A DNA stretch of 63,997 bases, counting the filler, from Saprolegnia diclina VS20 (lineage: Eukaryota), in NCBI RefSeq assembly GCF_000281045.1. It is 20 parts of 20 records of this genome, joined end to end, with 100 filler letters (N's around TTAATTAATTAA, not from the genome) between each part and the next. Parts side by side here need not be neighbours in the genome. Positions count along the whole stretch, not along the records: positions 17,564 to 21,827 come from NW_008246345.1; positions 21,928 to 26,148 come from NW_008246346.1; positions 26,249 to 30,538 come from NW_008246347.1; positions 30,639 to 32,009 come from NW_008246348.1; positions 32,110 to 33,516 come from NW_008246349.1; 15 more parts are not named here. The stretch is one strand, 5' to 3'. The first letter of the stretch is position 1. Every line of letters starts with the position of its first letter. The notes beneath the pieces were generated by a model. That model made no database searches. It saw only the letters and a list, made by a program, of their open reading frames with translations, and was not told the origin of the DNA. Made by a program: the position numbers and the translations under genes. Shown in pieces: positions 21,408 through 33,516 of this stretch.

Positions 21408-21827
21408 CTACAGGACGATCTCGCCCGAGTGCGGTTGTGGCAAGGACAGGCTCGACTCGCTCCAGTGCTGCAAGATCGCAATCAACTCGTACGCGTTGGG
21501 CCGGGTCTTGGGGTCCCGGGCCATGCACCGCGCGGCGAGCGATCGCACGTTGTGGGGACACGTCGGTGTCAGTGACGGGCGGAGTCCTTCGTTCGTGACT
21601 CGATGGATCATCGTGGCTTGCGGAAGACCCTTGCACTCGGCTAGCGGTGGTCCATGCGTGTCCATCTCGCAGAGCACGACGCCAAACGAGTAAATGTCGG
21701 CCATCTCCGAGTAGTGTTCACCGAGCAGTACCTCGGGTGCTGTCCAAAAGATCGTGCCGACGCCCGCCGTCATCGTCTCGTCTTGTGTGCGCTCGCGCGA
21801 GATGCCAAAGTCGCTCAACTTGGCTTC
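21408..21827 (-). CDS. TKL kinase paralogue, C-terminal part (convergent with 18813-20705)
   Basis: EAKLSDFGISRERTQDETMTAGVGTIFWTAPE...; close match to the neighbouring kinase; 5' part lost at the contig end. Confidence 0.88.
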   Translation of the reverse strand, partial: EAKLSDFGISRERTQDETMTAGVGTIFWTAPEVLLGEHYSEMADIYSFGVVLCEMDTHGPPLAECKGLPQATMIHRVTNEGLRPSLTPTCPHNVRSLAARCMARDPKTRPNAYELIAILQHWSESSLSLPQPHSGEIVL

Positions 21828-22417
21828 NNNNNNNNNNNNNNNNNNNNNNNNNNNNNNNNNNNNNNNNNNNNTTAATTAATTAANNNNNNNNNNNNNNNNN
21901 NNNNNNNNNNNNNNNNNNNNNNNNNNNAGTTGACAGTATTGTTACGTCTGTCGCGATACTTATTGAACTTATTGATAACGTCACCGACATGGTACGCAAT
22001 GCGATCGTGACTCATATGTATTTTTCGGGAACGTGTTCCGCGTTATATTCGTTACCACACAAAGACTTCGCACAAGTAGCGCTACGCCTATTTGCGTGAG
22101 AGTTGGCACCGGCACAGGGTCGTTGGGAGTGAGCTGCGTACGGTGAAATCCATCCGTGGTGGACCCACATGCCGAGTCATAGCTCGCGCGACGTCATACG
22201 CAGGCTCTAGTACTCAGACAAACCGACAGAGGAGGGCAAGCAGTCGGGTTGTTCCAATGAAACAGTCCAAGACCGCATCCGAATAAATCCGGATAACGAC
22301 CGAGCACATTTAACCGACATATAAACGACGCCACGTGTTGTATAGTTTTAGTGCCTGGCACAAAAGCCACAAGAGTCGCGCCCGAGACGTGACAGCGGCT
22401 ACTACTGTGGCCTATAA

Positions 22418-22734
22418 GTGCGGGTTTGTCTCGCATTTGCGATGACTATTAACAAGTCCCAAGGTCAGACGGTCCCTCGCGTTGGTGCTTACCTTCCGGT
22501 ACCCGTTTTTGCACACGGGCAGCTCTACGTTGCAATGTCACGCGTACAGGCACGCGCCAACATCCGAATCTTGGCTCTCAACTCGAAATCCTATGTCGAC
22601 GGCCGTATGTACACCAAAAACATCGTTTACGACGAGGTTCTTGATGAGACAGACCACACAAGAATAAACACTACGTCTTCATGAATATATGCCCACTACC
22701 ATATACGCTTAGTGAGTGGCCGTAGGGCCACTAG
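22418..22734 (+). mobile_element. Helitron 3' remnant (PIF1-like helicase C-terminus plus hairpin/CTAG)
   Basis: [35 protein letters not shown]; downstream stem AGTGGCC-gtag-GGCCACT overlapping CTAG at 22731. Confidence 0.85.
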
Positions 22735-25700
22735 GCTCCCCCCATTCATAGTGGTAACCAGCGATCTGATTGGTGGCTGTGGCAGATGAATGGCTTCTGA
22801 TTGGTAAACCTTTAGCTGCTTGCAGCCGCCGGCGCAGCTTGTCGAGTACCTTGCATCTATCTCACAATGAATATGTAAATACAATATGCTGGGGGCGATC
22901 GTTGCGATCGCATATTTTCGATTTGATTGACATAGATGTTGCGCGCGTCCGCCCCGATCGCAGCCGCACTAATTTGCCGCGGTAGTAGTAGCGATCACGT
23001 CGGCGGGACTCTCGTGGCTTCTGTGCCAGGCACAACAGCTACTGCAACGCTCACCACTGACGCTGCCGAAGCTGGTTCAAGGACAGACGACTACAACTGC
23101 GATGCGCCCTACGAAGAAGTCGATGTCCTCAACGAGCCTTGTGGCTTTATTCACTCAGATCTGAGGGTGCACCTCCGCAAGCACTGGCGTCACGTCGCGA
23201 GTGTGGCGCGGTTGGCGGCCGCGCGACGACGCGGTCCAACTACCACGTATGCTCCTACTGCGCTTCTCAAGTTACGATGCTTCGCATTCTCCCCTCTTAC
23301 ATGCAAGTCTTTGTCTCTCGTCGATCCTAGCTGTTCACACGAAGTCATGGACGAGTTTCCGGAAGCATGCGTCGCATCATACGCAATGCAATCGATTAAA
23401 GCTTGTCAATCACCTCTCCGAGCGAATCTTCTCGTTGTCGGAATCAGTAACCACGCATTAATGTTTAATTGCCTGTTGGCGGTGCACCTCGCACTTCAAA
23501 CAAGCTCCTCATTCGCCACGATGGTAGATAGCTAACCCTTCATCGTCCGGAATTCGGGCGCCCCCATCCCGGACTAGCTTTGGGCAAGTGGCTTTAGAAT
23601 GCTAGATTATTTGCTACCTCGCCCAAAAGAATAGTGGCGGCGACGGAGGGCGGGAAAATGACAGGCCTGCGTGGCAACAGCACAGGAGAGTTATCTTATC
23701 TCTTTGACTGCCGCCGAGGAGTATGTGCCTTAAATCGTCTGGAAGCATTTGGTATCTAGCGTGTGGATTGTGGCGCCATCGGCGCAATCAATTATCGACC
23801 GCTACTAACAACCGGCACGTAGGCGGCACGGGACATATGACACATGGCACACTGCATGCTTGAGTAGTGTTTTGCAGACAGACGAGTTGCCCAATGGTTC
23901 GCACAAACACCAAATTGCTCCTATACCTGTATCGCACCTCTTCCTCCTCTCCTACATGCCTTCTGCACCCATCTTACGAAACTTCCCGACACTTAAGTGC
24001 CCACCAACCCAGCCTACTACCCAAAGCAAGTAAGAATCCAAACCTCTCAAGTCTGCGAAAAAAGATGCGGGAGTATGTTTATCCCTTTTGGAATTACGTC
24101 ACTCAAACGCAGTCAATTGTTTAGGTATTTTCTTAGAGAGGTAAATGACAATAGAAAACTCGAGTGCAGACGTTGACCAGAAAATTGTTTACCGTAGTGA
24201 CAATTGCAGACGCATCTCTGCGGTGCGCACGAGCAAATTACTGCAAATCACATCGATCCTTACGATACTGTATTATAAATGCTTGTTTTTTGCCCAGAGC
24301 ATGTGACAATTTGCTTTGTTGAGTTCCCCCAATGCAGCGCTTTGACAGGCTCATGCATACCGTGAGCCAGGTGAATCGGCACAACCTATTCACGCCAGTT
24401 GGTCAAGCAGGGCTCTATAGACAATAGTTAGTTAGTATACATTTACCTCCTATGCCGCATGCATTATCGAACTCACGGAAATGATGTAGCATCGCTTGAA
24501 GGACCAGTTCCACAGCAAGTTACAGAATTAATGATTAACTATGTTCAGGCTCCGAACTGCTTTTGATTGGGATACTTCCGATTCAGTTACCCAATATGCC
24601 TACCGACTTAGCGGACACATTATTGCGGCATAGTTTTTGCTATTTCCTAACGAGAGCTGCCCACGTGACCTATTTCGCGCGCAAATAAGCTGTGCGGTAG
24701 TCTGTTCTAAACACGAAAGGTACATATTAAGCCGCACTCAAAATGTTGCATATTGGCGCATATTGCGTAAGGAATCTGGCCGCTCCTTCGAATGCACAGC
24801 TCGCTGTTTTGCATTGTAGCCGCCGTAATGCAATGCCGTAATATGTGCATCACATTCGATAATAAGGTAGCAATATTTATGATGCCGCGACTTGCTGTGG
24901 CAACGGTTTTCGTTCCACCACTTCCCGCATCTCTAGCTTAAAAGTCGTCAAAGCCTACGTGCTAGAATGTGTCGTGTTGCATAACTTAGCTTCCGGTAAG
25001 CACGGACCAGCTAAACCGCTAGCTTCGTACATAATGGCCACCTCTTAGCCAGTCCCAAGTCCCCCGTAAAATTACCCAACCAATTTAATAGACATCTTAA
25101 TCCGCCACAAAACTTTCTATTGACTTCAGTCTCGTGTACACAAATACACCAAAAAAACTTGCAACAATCGTACTAAACAGAAATGACTTTGCATCGCAAC
25201 ACTACTATATTGGATCTTACTTATGTTGAACTAGTTGAACTAACGCTTTGTGCGAAACAAATGATTTGACCAACTTGTTGACAAGGTGACACTTGTTCAG
25301 CTTTGCCTTAATAATATTAAAATAAACACTTCTGATATGATATAGGGGCTAGCAATGGACAAAAACAGAGCGAAGGCAACGAGAGAGGAAGAGGTAACAT
25401 TATCACGAAAGATGCTTGGGCAAAAAGCATGTCTCGAAACATGTTTTATGTAGCAGGCCCAGTTTGGATCGCAAAATGAGTTTTAAGACGTGTTCTATGC
25501 CTTACTAATTTTTAGCTATTACTGCAAAGGCCAATTCAGAAACTACGAAAACGTTTTTTTCAACGCGTGCGCGTTTTGTAAACTTTTTTCACGTTATGTC
25601 TTCTAAATTGATATTATGCGGTGCCCAATGGGAAAGTAGGTACCCCTGTAAGTACCCATGTGACTAACGCGTTAGCAACGTCAGATATACTCGGCACGAA

Positions 25701-26248
25701 AATGAGAGTCTGCGAGGGTTACCATTCCACCCATCTAGTCTCTTTTCATGTTCGTTGATGTGTGTCTGCCATGCCAGTTGTGCGCGAAACGCTTCTCAGA
25801 AAATACACTAGAGAGATTTATTTCGCAACTCACTTTCCGTTTCCATCTGCGCTTCTATCCTGTCATAAATATTGAAAAATGGGAGGTCTCTGAAAACTAA
25901 TCGTAAACAGTGGCGGAGGCTTCAACCTTATGTAACCTGTCGAGGCTTTAACCTTATGTAACCTGTCGAACTTTCGCAACCATGCCACTTCCAACTTGGC
26001 GCGACGCTTGACAACTGGCAAATCTCGTCGGATGACGACCGCCCCGATCTTAGGTTCGTCGGTAAACCCGAAGACGATCGTCAGAGGCGACCCTTTAGTG
26101 ACAATCGCGTCCGTGTACTTCTGGAGGCGCTTGGCGACGAGTGTCCTCNNNNNNNNNNNNNNNNNNNNNNNNNNNNNNNNNNNNNNNNNNNNTTAATTAA
26201 TTAANNNNNNNNNNNNNNNNNNNNNNNNNNNNNNNNNNNNNNNNNNNN

Positions 26249-27417
26249 GAGTGCGTCGTGAAGGTTGCCGGTTCCTTGCCGAGCTTCGCGGCTGCACTGC
26301 GGAGAAGCTGACGGACTTGGAGCTCCGTGATCGGCACGGCGACACCGTGTTGGTCAAAGGAGATGCAGAGGGGGTCGTCTTCGACCGCTCCAGCTCCTCG
26401 AGCCAGCCTTCGCAGCTCCCACAGCGCTGGAATCGGGCAGAGCCATGTGCTACCCGAGCGAGCTAGACGGAGCGTCGTGCCGTCGCCACGTTGATCAGTC
26501 TTCGAGCTCGGGATCGTGACGTGAACCTCGTGAGCTTCGTCCACCGTCCGCGCTACTGTCTCGAAGCGGGTGGTGAACCGGACGTCCTTGACCCGGATGC
26601 CGTGCATGGCGGGTCTGGCTCCTTCGTGCAAGTACTCGGACTTGCGCAGGAGAAAGAAGAAACCCAGCAGCGCAGCCCCCCAGAGTGAGCGCTGCTGGGG
26701 GACGTTGAAGTCGAGTCCGGCACGCATTTGCCAGAGCATGCCGATGCTGACGGGCTCCTTGCGTTGGGCGGGTCCATCGGTTCGTTCAATGCCTCGGAGG
26801 ACGAGCTGATGGTCGGGTTCCAGCGCCACGTTGTACCCTCGGTGCACTTGATGATGCCAAGCGACGCCGCAAAGTTTGGATCGGATGGTGCCCGCCGAGT
26901 TTCCTTGGTCGCGGAGGTAGAGGACGTAGTTGATGAGGCCATTGGACTGCTCGCGTTGGTCGGGTGAGAGCCATGGATGGTAGCCTTGGCGTTCCCGCCA
27001 CGCGCGCCACTGTTCCCAAGCAGCTGCGTACCTTCCTCGCGTGCTCGTGGCCAGTGCAGCGTCTTGGAAGTCGCGGATGACTGCCGGTACATGAAGCGGA
27101 GGTGCGCGGGTACCTCCCATGCCTGCCAACCCGTGGCGAGGCGGCGCCACGCGGACCGATGCGGTTCCTCGAGGCTGCGTGATCCGTGGTATGCCATCGT
27201 GTTGCGTGCTCCTTCCATGTGGCCCGCCGTGACGTGTAAACGGTGCACCGCTTGCGCGAGCGCCAGGCGGCGGTTGAGCTCCTGGGCGAAGACGCTCTCG
27301 GCTGCGAGTTTGTTCGTCCATGCGACGCTCGACGCGTTGTCGATCCATCCGTGCACGTGGACCGTTGCTCGGTTGTCGACCGCCCAGAGCGGCGCCCATA
27401 TGCTGACCGCGAGGCAT
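26249..27417 (-). CDS. Tyrosine recombinase (3' truncated; true start probably near 27090)
   Basis: GFFFLLRKSEY, SSKTDQ, LCPI; same sequence as copy 2. Confidence 0.88.
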
Positions 27418-29595
27418 AGGCTCAAATGCTCCCGGACGTTGATCGAGAAGGGAGGCTGCGCTGACGCGTCGCTGCCAGCCGATCGTTGGGCGACGTCACG
27501 AATCATGGCGCGCTCGGATTCGTCGAAAAACAGCTGGATGTAACGCTTGTGAGCCAAATCGAGAACGACCAGGCCAATATTGGTCATTCGCGTCCATGTA
27601 CAGGTGCAAGTCGGGCTCGGAGGAGCGATCGAAGATGGCCGCGGGTACGCGAGCAAAGTCAGCCTGCGCCAGAATGGCCTGGAAAAGCTCAAGGTCGCGT
27701 AGTGCGGTCGGCGGGAGTCGAAAGGTCTTGTACTTGTCTGCCCGCACCGCGACGTTGTGCAGCCGTTGGTAGAAGGCTCGGGCTGCCGGTGCGCACGAGC
27801 AGACGTGGCGGAGCGAGCCCAGAGCTTGGAGAAGGTCCGTCTTGCGAGCCGTGCCTTTATGCACGAGGGCGTCCACCCGGTGTTTGGCTTTCTCGACCTT
27901 CCCCGGAGGCATCGAGACGGCTGCGTCGTTGAGGTGCCAAATAAGCCCCAACGCGTGGAGGTCGCTCGACCATGCCTTGAACTTCTTCTCATTGATGCTT
28001 GTTGGTCCTAGGATGGCCAGCATGGCGAGGCGTAGAGATGTCTCGGCCGCACTGGCCCGGATCGGCACCACGCCGTCGGGCGTTCGCGAGACCAGCTCGA
28101 TGAGAATGTGATCGTCCATCCATTCCAGCGTCCAGAAGGGCTCGGTGTCCTGGTCCCGCCACGGGTTGAGTGAGTGAGGTGACTCCTGCGAGACGAGATG
28201 GGAGATTGCCCGACCAAAGACGACGTAGTACGGTGGGCTCCCACACCAACCAAACGGCCCCGAGAGGTCTAAACCCCAATGACTAGACCCTGGTACTTGT
28301 GCCCCGAGCCAATGCGCGTCCGCGGCAGCCACGCGCAGATGCCGGAACGCGCTCTTGACGTCGCCGGCCATGCCCACGATGGTCATGTCGTCCGTCAAAC
28401 GCAGATGCAGCGCGATGATGCGCGACGCGACTTCGGTGATGCGTCGCCAACGGACGTCCGGCAAGAGGTCTTTGTCGGTTGCGTCGTTGACCGACAAGCC
28501 TGCGGGTGCTGATAGGTCATGAATGACGCGGCCGTCCACGTTGAGGCTGGCGTCATTCTTCGGGACAAGACCCAGCGGACTCAGATGTATGTTGTGGCCA
28601 GCCGCTGACCATGCATCGAGGACACCCTGGGTAAAGAAGGCGTACTCGTTGCGAGCTTGACCATCTGCTAGGTGCTTCCGCACGGTAGCGCCATGCGCTT
28701 CTGCCGACTTGTGGTTCTTCTGACGCGAGGGTGGTGGAAGCGCGATCGATCGCGTGGGGATCGCGAAGCCAGCTGCTGCTACCGCCAGGAGGTCAGCACG
28801 ATGCGGGTAGCCTTGAAGGATGCGCTCCAACTCGGCGGGGAAGAGCGCTTTATTTGGACGTGGATCTGCCACACACTGACCCCGCAAGAGACGGACGGTT
28901 GCCTCGGGTGTCAGCTTCTGACGCAGAACAAGCTGCGAGATGCGCTCGATCTTGGCCTCGTCGAGGTCGCCCGAGTCGGGTGGATGAGCTGATAGAGCCG
29001 GGAGACGCGCCTCGCGCAACGCAATGTTGATGCGCTCGTGAGCAATACGGAGGTGTAGTTGCAAGCGCGTGCTCAAATGCTGCGCAACTTGATGCGTCAT
29101 TGAGATGTCCACACAAAGGACTGACTCTTGCCCGACCGCCGCACGGACGCACGCCTGGTCGACCGATGGGTGACCTAAGGCAGGCGGTGCCGTGTCCATA
29201 GCGTGGCTTACCCTTTCCAGCACCGGAGTGCTGTTGTACGCTGCGTCCGGGTTTCGGGCCAAGACGTGGGACTGAGCTCCCGAAGGAGGCGCAGTCGACA
29301 TCGCCTGTGGGGGAGCCGAAGCCGGCCCCACAGTGTCCCCCGGTGGTGCTGCGTTTCGCAAGGTGGCGCGCGACCGACGTTGCAAGAACGCCTGCATCAC
29401 GCGGACCCGAAGCTGGCGCTCGTGGAGCACCGCCGCCTCGTTGCTGTTAACCAGTGGGGCGGCCGCGGCCTGTATCCGGGGCTCGCGTTGCGAGGCACCG
29501 GGCAGGGGCGACACACCGACCGGAGTAGCCGAAGCCAAAACCGCTGGATGCGCTGAACGTGAGGAGAGTCCCGTTGGTGGCGGCTGCGGTGGCAC
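27050..29595 (-). pseudogene. RT-RNase H of the YR retrotransposon, frameshifted near 27578
   Basis: SPLGLVPK, RVIHDLS, GDVKSAFRH, PFGWCGSP, WMDDH, ALGLIW. After YMDAND the RNase H (INVREHL, WIDNASSV) continues in another frame. Confidence 0.85.
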
Positions 29596-29661
29596 CGCTC
29601 GCGGCGCGACGGCCTTTTGGGTTGAATCGCCAGGTGGGTTCCCAAGCCCACCCTGGCACCT

Positions 29662-30538
29662 TCACGCCGACGCGTCGAGCTGGATGAATTGCTTCTGCAG
29701 ACCTCCCAGCGACTCGTTGATGTACTCGATTACGCTGGGGTCCAGCGGCTCACTGGGCGTAAAGTGGGCCCGCTTCTGACCTTGACCTGGGTTCTTGCAG
29801 GCCTGCTTGCCTTCACACCGTTTGTTGGACACATAGCGCAAGCAGAGCTCCATCTTGTTGAGCTTGGGAACCAGCTGCTTGATCGACGAGCTGACCCGAT
29901 TGGTGCCGTCCTTGGCCACGCCATCTTTGGTCTTGGGACTGCGCTGCGGTTTCGCTTGGCTGGCCATGAGCTCGAGGATGCGGCTATCTTGTGCCGAACG
30001 GGCCATGGACACGAGCATCGGCGAGCTCGTGTGGAGGTGTTCGTGCGAGAACCAATGCGTGAGGACTGCCGCGTCGCCCCGTACGTCGTTTGCCATATCC
30101 AAGCGAAAGCACTCGAGCGCCCAGTCGAACCACCGGGCCACATAGCTGGCCGTATGGGCGGTGACCTGGCTTTCACTCATCATGTGACGGAGTAAACGAC
30201 CCGCTTTTGCGACAAACTGCTGCACCACCGGCGCACAGTAGCGCTCGGTGTAAATCGAGAGCATGTCCAAGGCCCCGGCTAAGGCCTCCGGCGACATGGC
30301 GTGGGCCAGTGTTGTCGCCGTCGTTCCCGACGTTTTGGCTCCCGTGAGGTCCATGTGGAGGCGCGTCCAATGGTCGATCTGAGCTTGCGTCCGGCGTTGC
30401 AGATGTGCCAGGGACAGGCGGCCACTGCCAAAATCGAAGCTGTACAGGGCCCGCACAACCTCCGGATGCTTGTAGAAGAGAAGTTCCCGGTTCGTTTGGA
30501 CGTCTTCTGTGAACCGCTGCAGCGACCAACCAGCCGTG
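29662..30538 (-). CDS. Gag-like ORF1 of the YR retrotransposon (partial)
   Basis: C-terminal Cys/His motif LCLRYVSNKRC....C.......RAHF; directly upstream of RT. Confidence 0.7.
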
Positions 30539-30638
30539 NNNNNNNNNNNNNNNNNNNNNNNNNNNNNNNNNNNNNNNNNNNNTTAATTAATTAANNNNNN
30601 NNNNNNNNNNNNNNNNNNNNNNNNNNNNNNNNNNNNNN

Positions 30639-32009
30639 ACGACCAGGAGCAGCGGAGGTGGTAGCCACTGGCCGAGGTAGTTGTCGCCCGGACGCGTCGG
30701 CAGGAAATCGTCAAAGTACCAATCCAAGAGAATGCAGTGCTCCGTCGGAGCGTTACCGGGTCGAAACTCGGGCTCGATGACAACCGCCTGCCAACAGGAC
30801 TTGAGAAACTCACCAGTGTACGGCTGCGTCAGCGGCGGACAGACAGCGTCGTCTGCCGAAGCCAGACCTGCCAAGCTGGCTAGAAGGCGGCAAATAGCGG
30901 AGGCGTCGCTCTTCCGTGCTGCACGCGCGAGGAAGCTCTCCATGGCAGGCAGCAGTGCCGGCCAGCTACACGTTTCCAAGCTCGTATGGATGAAGCGCGC
31001 AGTGTCGTTGGCTTCGTCCAACGGGAGATGCTGCGTATCCCGAATGAAGGGCTCGAGCAGCTCCATATCCTTGTACTGGAGCAAGAGCTGCCCATCGTGA
31101 CCCCGGCATGGCTGGGGCCACAGTCGTCTTCGGTGTCGAATTCTGCGAGCGTACTAAGCACAAACTCGCGGAGTCCAAGGCCGAGAGTGCCCACGTCGCC
31201 ACATTCGATGGCGTCGCGCAGCATCTCGAGAGCACCGATCGCCTCCGCGATCGTGAGGCGACGGCTCTTGGGCCAAAAGACGATTGCAGCGCCGGGCAGT
31301 TTGAACCGACCGTCGCCAGCGCGCCGACTGCGCAGGAAGAAGTCGGCCGTATTGCATTCGAGCTTCCAAAGGATAGCGTCGGGGACATTGCACGCTTCGT
31401 GGTGCGTGAAGTCCACGATGATATTTTCATACCACGGCATGTAGCACCACGAGTCGTCGTCTTCACCGTCATCATCGTCACATGCTTTGTCATGGCCGTC
31501 ATGATCGTCGTCCTCTTCGTAGGCGTCGAACTCGCTCGTGACTTCGAATGCAGTGCCGTATTTGTCATAGACATACACATCGCAGTCCGCGAACCTGGCA
31601 AGCGCAACGTCGTAGTCGCCCGTCGCAACAAGTAAATCGACGAATGTCGCGTCGAGGCGCTTGAGGTTCACGACCTCGAGGGTCGTCGAGTTCAAGTCAA
31701 CTGCCCGCGCGACGTACCAAACTTCATTCGGTGGGTCTTGCGCGATCGTCGCAAATCCCTCGACGACGTCGTCTCGGATCACTGGCGGCACCCACGACTG
31801 CGCGTCACACGTCAAGGCGTACACAAGCGCCACGCGACGGCCGGATGTGATTGGCGCACTCGTGATCTTATTGAGTGAGGCAAAGAGCTGCACGCCTTTC
31901 CGCGACGCTGTCAGCACCTGCGTGTCGGTGCCGTTGGTGAACGTCAGCTCACCACCCTCGTACGTTGACGGCAAAGAGACGACAAGTGTCCCGACGACAT
32001 GCGGGATCT
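30639..32009 (-). pseudogene. 2OG-Fe(II) oxygenase-like protein, partial; frame break near 31085
   Basis: VVGTLVVSLPSTYEGGELTF ... PITSGRRVALVYAL; the distal His is not seen; coding continues as LLQYKDMELL in another frame. Confidence 0.6.
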
Positions 32010-33327
32010 NNNNNNNNNNNNNNNNNNNNNNNNNNNNNNNNNNNNNNNNNNNNTTAATTAATTAANNNNNNNNNNNNNNNNNNNNNNNNNNNNNNNNNNN
32101 NNNNNNNNNCAGGGTACGTTGAACTTCAATGCACATGATCCCGTCCACCGACAAGTCCGAACTACGTCACACATAATACACGATCCCTCGTCTAGATTGC
32201 ACGCTACCCCAATGCCAAACCTCAACCAAAGAGCTCGACCAAAACCTGCCCCAAGAAAACACGAGGTTAACCCTGGTCGTGATGTTGTTGTGACGCTGTT
32301 TCGACGTTGTCGCGGCGTTGTTGTGACGTTATCACGACATTGTCGCGTTGTTGGAACATTATTCTCGCGACGTTGTTGAAATGAGTTAGTGAAGATGGTG
32401 GACTTCCTAGTGCGCTCGTGAGGTTTGACCGGTATGTCAAGCTGAGGGCGCTTGGTCGAGGCTCAATTTGAGTGGGGAGTGAGGTAGCGAGCACACCAAG
32501 GGTCGGCGCGTAGGGCGTGGAGCGACTCGGCAAGCGAAGGCGCCACGGCGCGACGAACAACGTGCCAAACGTGCGAAGTTTGCGTACACGATATGCAAAG
32601 AAAGAGGGGAAATAGATTGAAAGGTATGCAGCTCATTGACACCCGCGAAGCCTGGCTTTCTAGTGTAGTTATGCGGCTTGAGTTCCTTGTGATGCTTTTT
32701 AACCAATCAGTTGAAGCTTTTGATGAAAAACTATGGATTACGACGTATTTCGACCAGTAGCCGCCTTAATGTACGCAAGAAGGCGCTTGGATTGGCTAAA
32801 ATTCACGCAAATGTCATCGCCACGACACTGAGCTCCGCGATTGAGCTTCAACAGATAGGACAACAGAGCTCAACGTCCGACACGGCCGAGGTTGCCGTCC
32901 GAGCAAGCAAGCCGCTGCTCACCGTCCTTCACTAGCTGCACCACGCGCACTATAGCATTGCCTACTTATTTGTTGCAGTGCTGACTCTTGTAGCGTCGTC
33001 GGCGACCGGGATTAGCTGCCGTAGCGTGGCGTTAAAGCTGTTGTGGAGCTTCCGCGCCCCGGACCTCGTGTCTCATGTAGAAATACCCTCGAAAATGCAT
33101 CACGAGCCATATATTAGTCTTGAGAGGCTTGTATACCAAGCCTATTTGAAAGGCAAGTAAGAACTTAGTCTAACTTAGTCTGCGCGCGCATGCTCACAAA
33201 GATGAAGTGATCTATTGGACACGCAAAAGTTCGTGTTATAGTCTTCGTGATGCCAGAGACGATTTCAACTGAAGGTATTACATCACTCATTGAAAATATT
33301 TGCATCGTTTATCTCTAAAAACTGCTT

Positions 33328-33516
33328 TTACATTTCAAACTCTTCGTGGTGGACATCGAAGAGCGTCGAGTTGGCCATCGCATCGACAGTGCGCGACAAC
33401 GTCTTGGGGCCCGAGACATAGACGCCGATCTTGGGCGTCAGCGTCTTCTGAACGCCGCTCGTAATTTGCGCCCAGAGCGACGGCCAGTCGGCGCGGCAGT
33501 ACTGCACCTTGTAGTG
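33328..33516 (-). CDS. Ferric reductase-like protein, C-terminal NAD(P)H-binding end
   Basis: Manual translation: ...CRADWPSLW...IGVYVSGPKTLSRTVD...FDVHHEEFEM*. Confidence 0.75.
   Translation of the reverse strand, partial: HYKVQYCRADWPSLWAQITSGVQKTLTPKIGVYVSGPKTLSRTVDAMANSTLFDVHHEEFEM

Larger units (their letters stand above)
26249..30538 (-). mobile_element. DIRS/Ngaro-type tyrosine-recombinase retrotransposon, copy 1 (both ends truncated)
   Basis: Gag-like ORF, RT, RNase H and overlapping tyrosine recombinase ORFs in DIRS-group order. Confidence 0.93.

Noticed and set aside
24410..24445. tRNA-like 5' start GGGCTCTATAG
   Set aside because: No T-arm GTTC or closing acceptor stem found.
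25924..25969. Short tandem duplication AACCTTATGTAACCTGTCGA
   Set aside because: Ordinary two-copy slippage duplication with no further structure.
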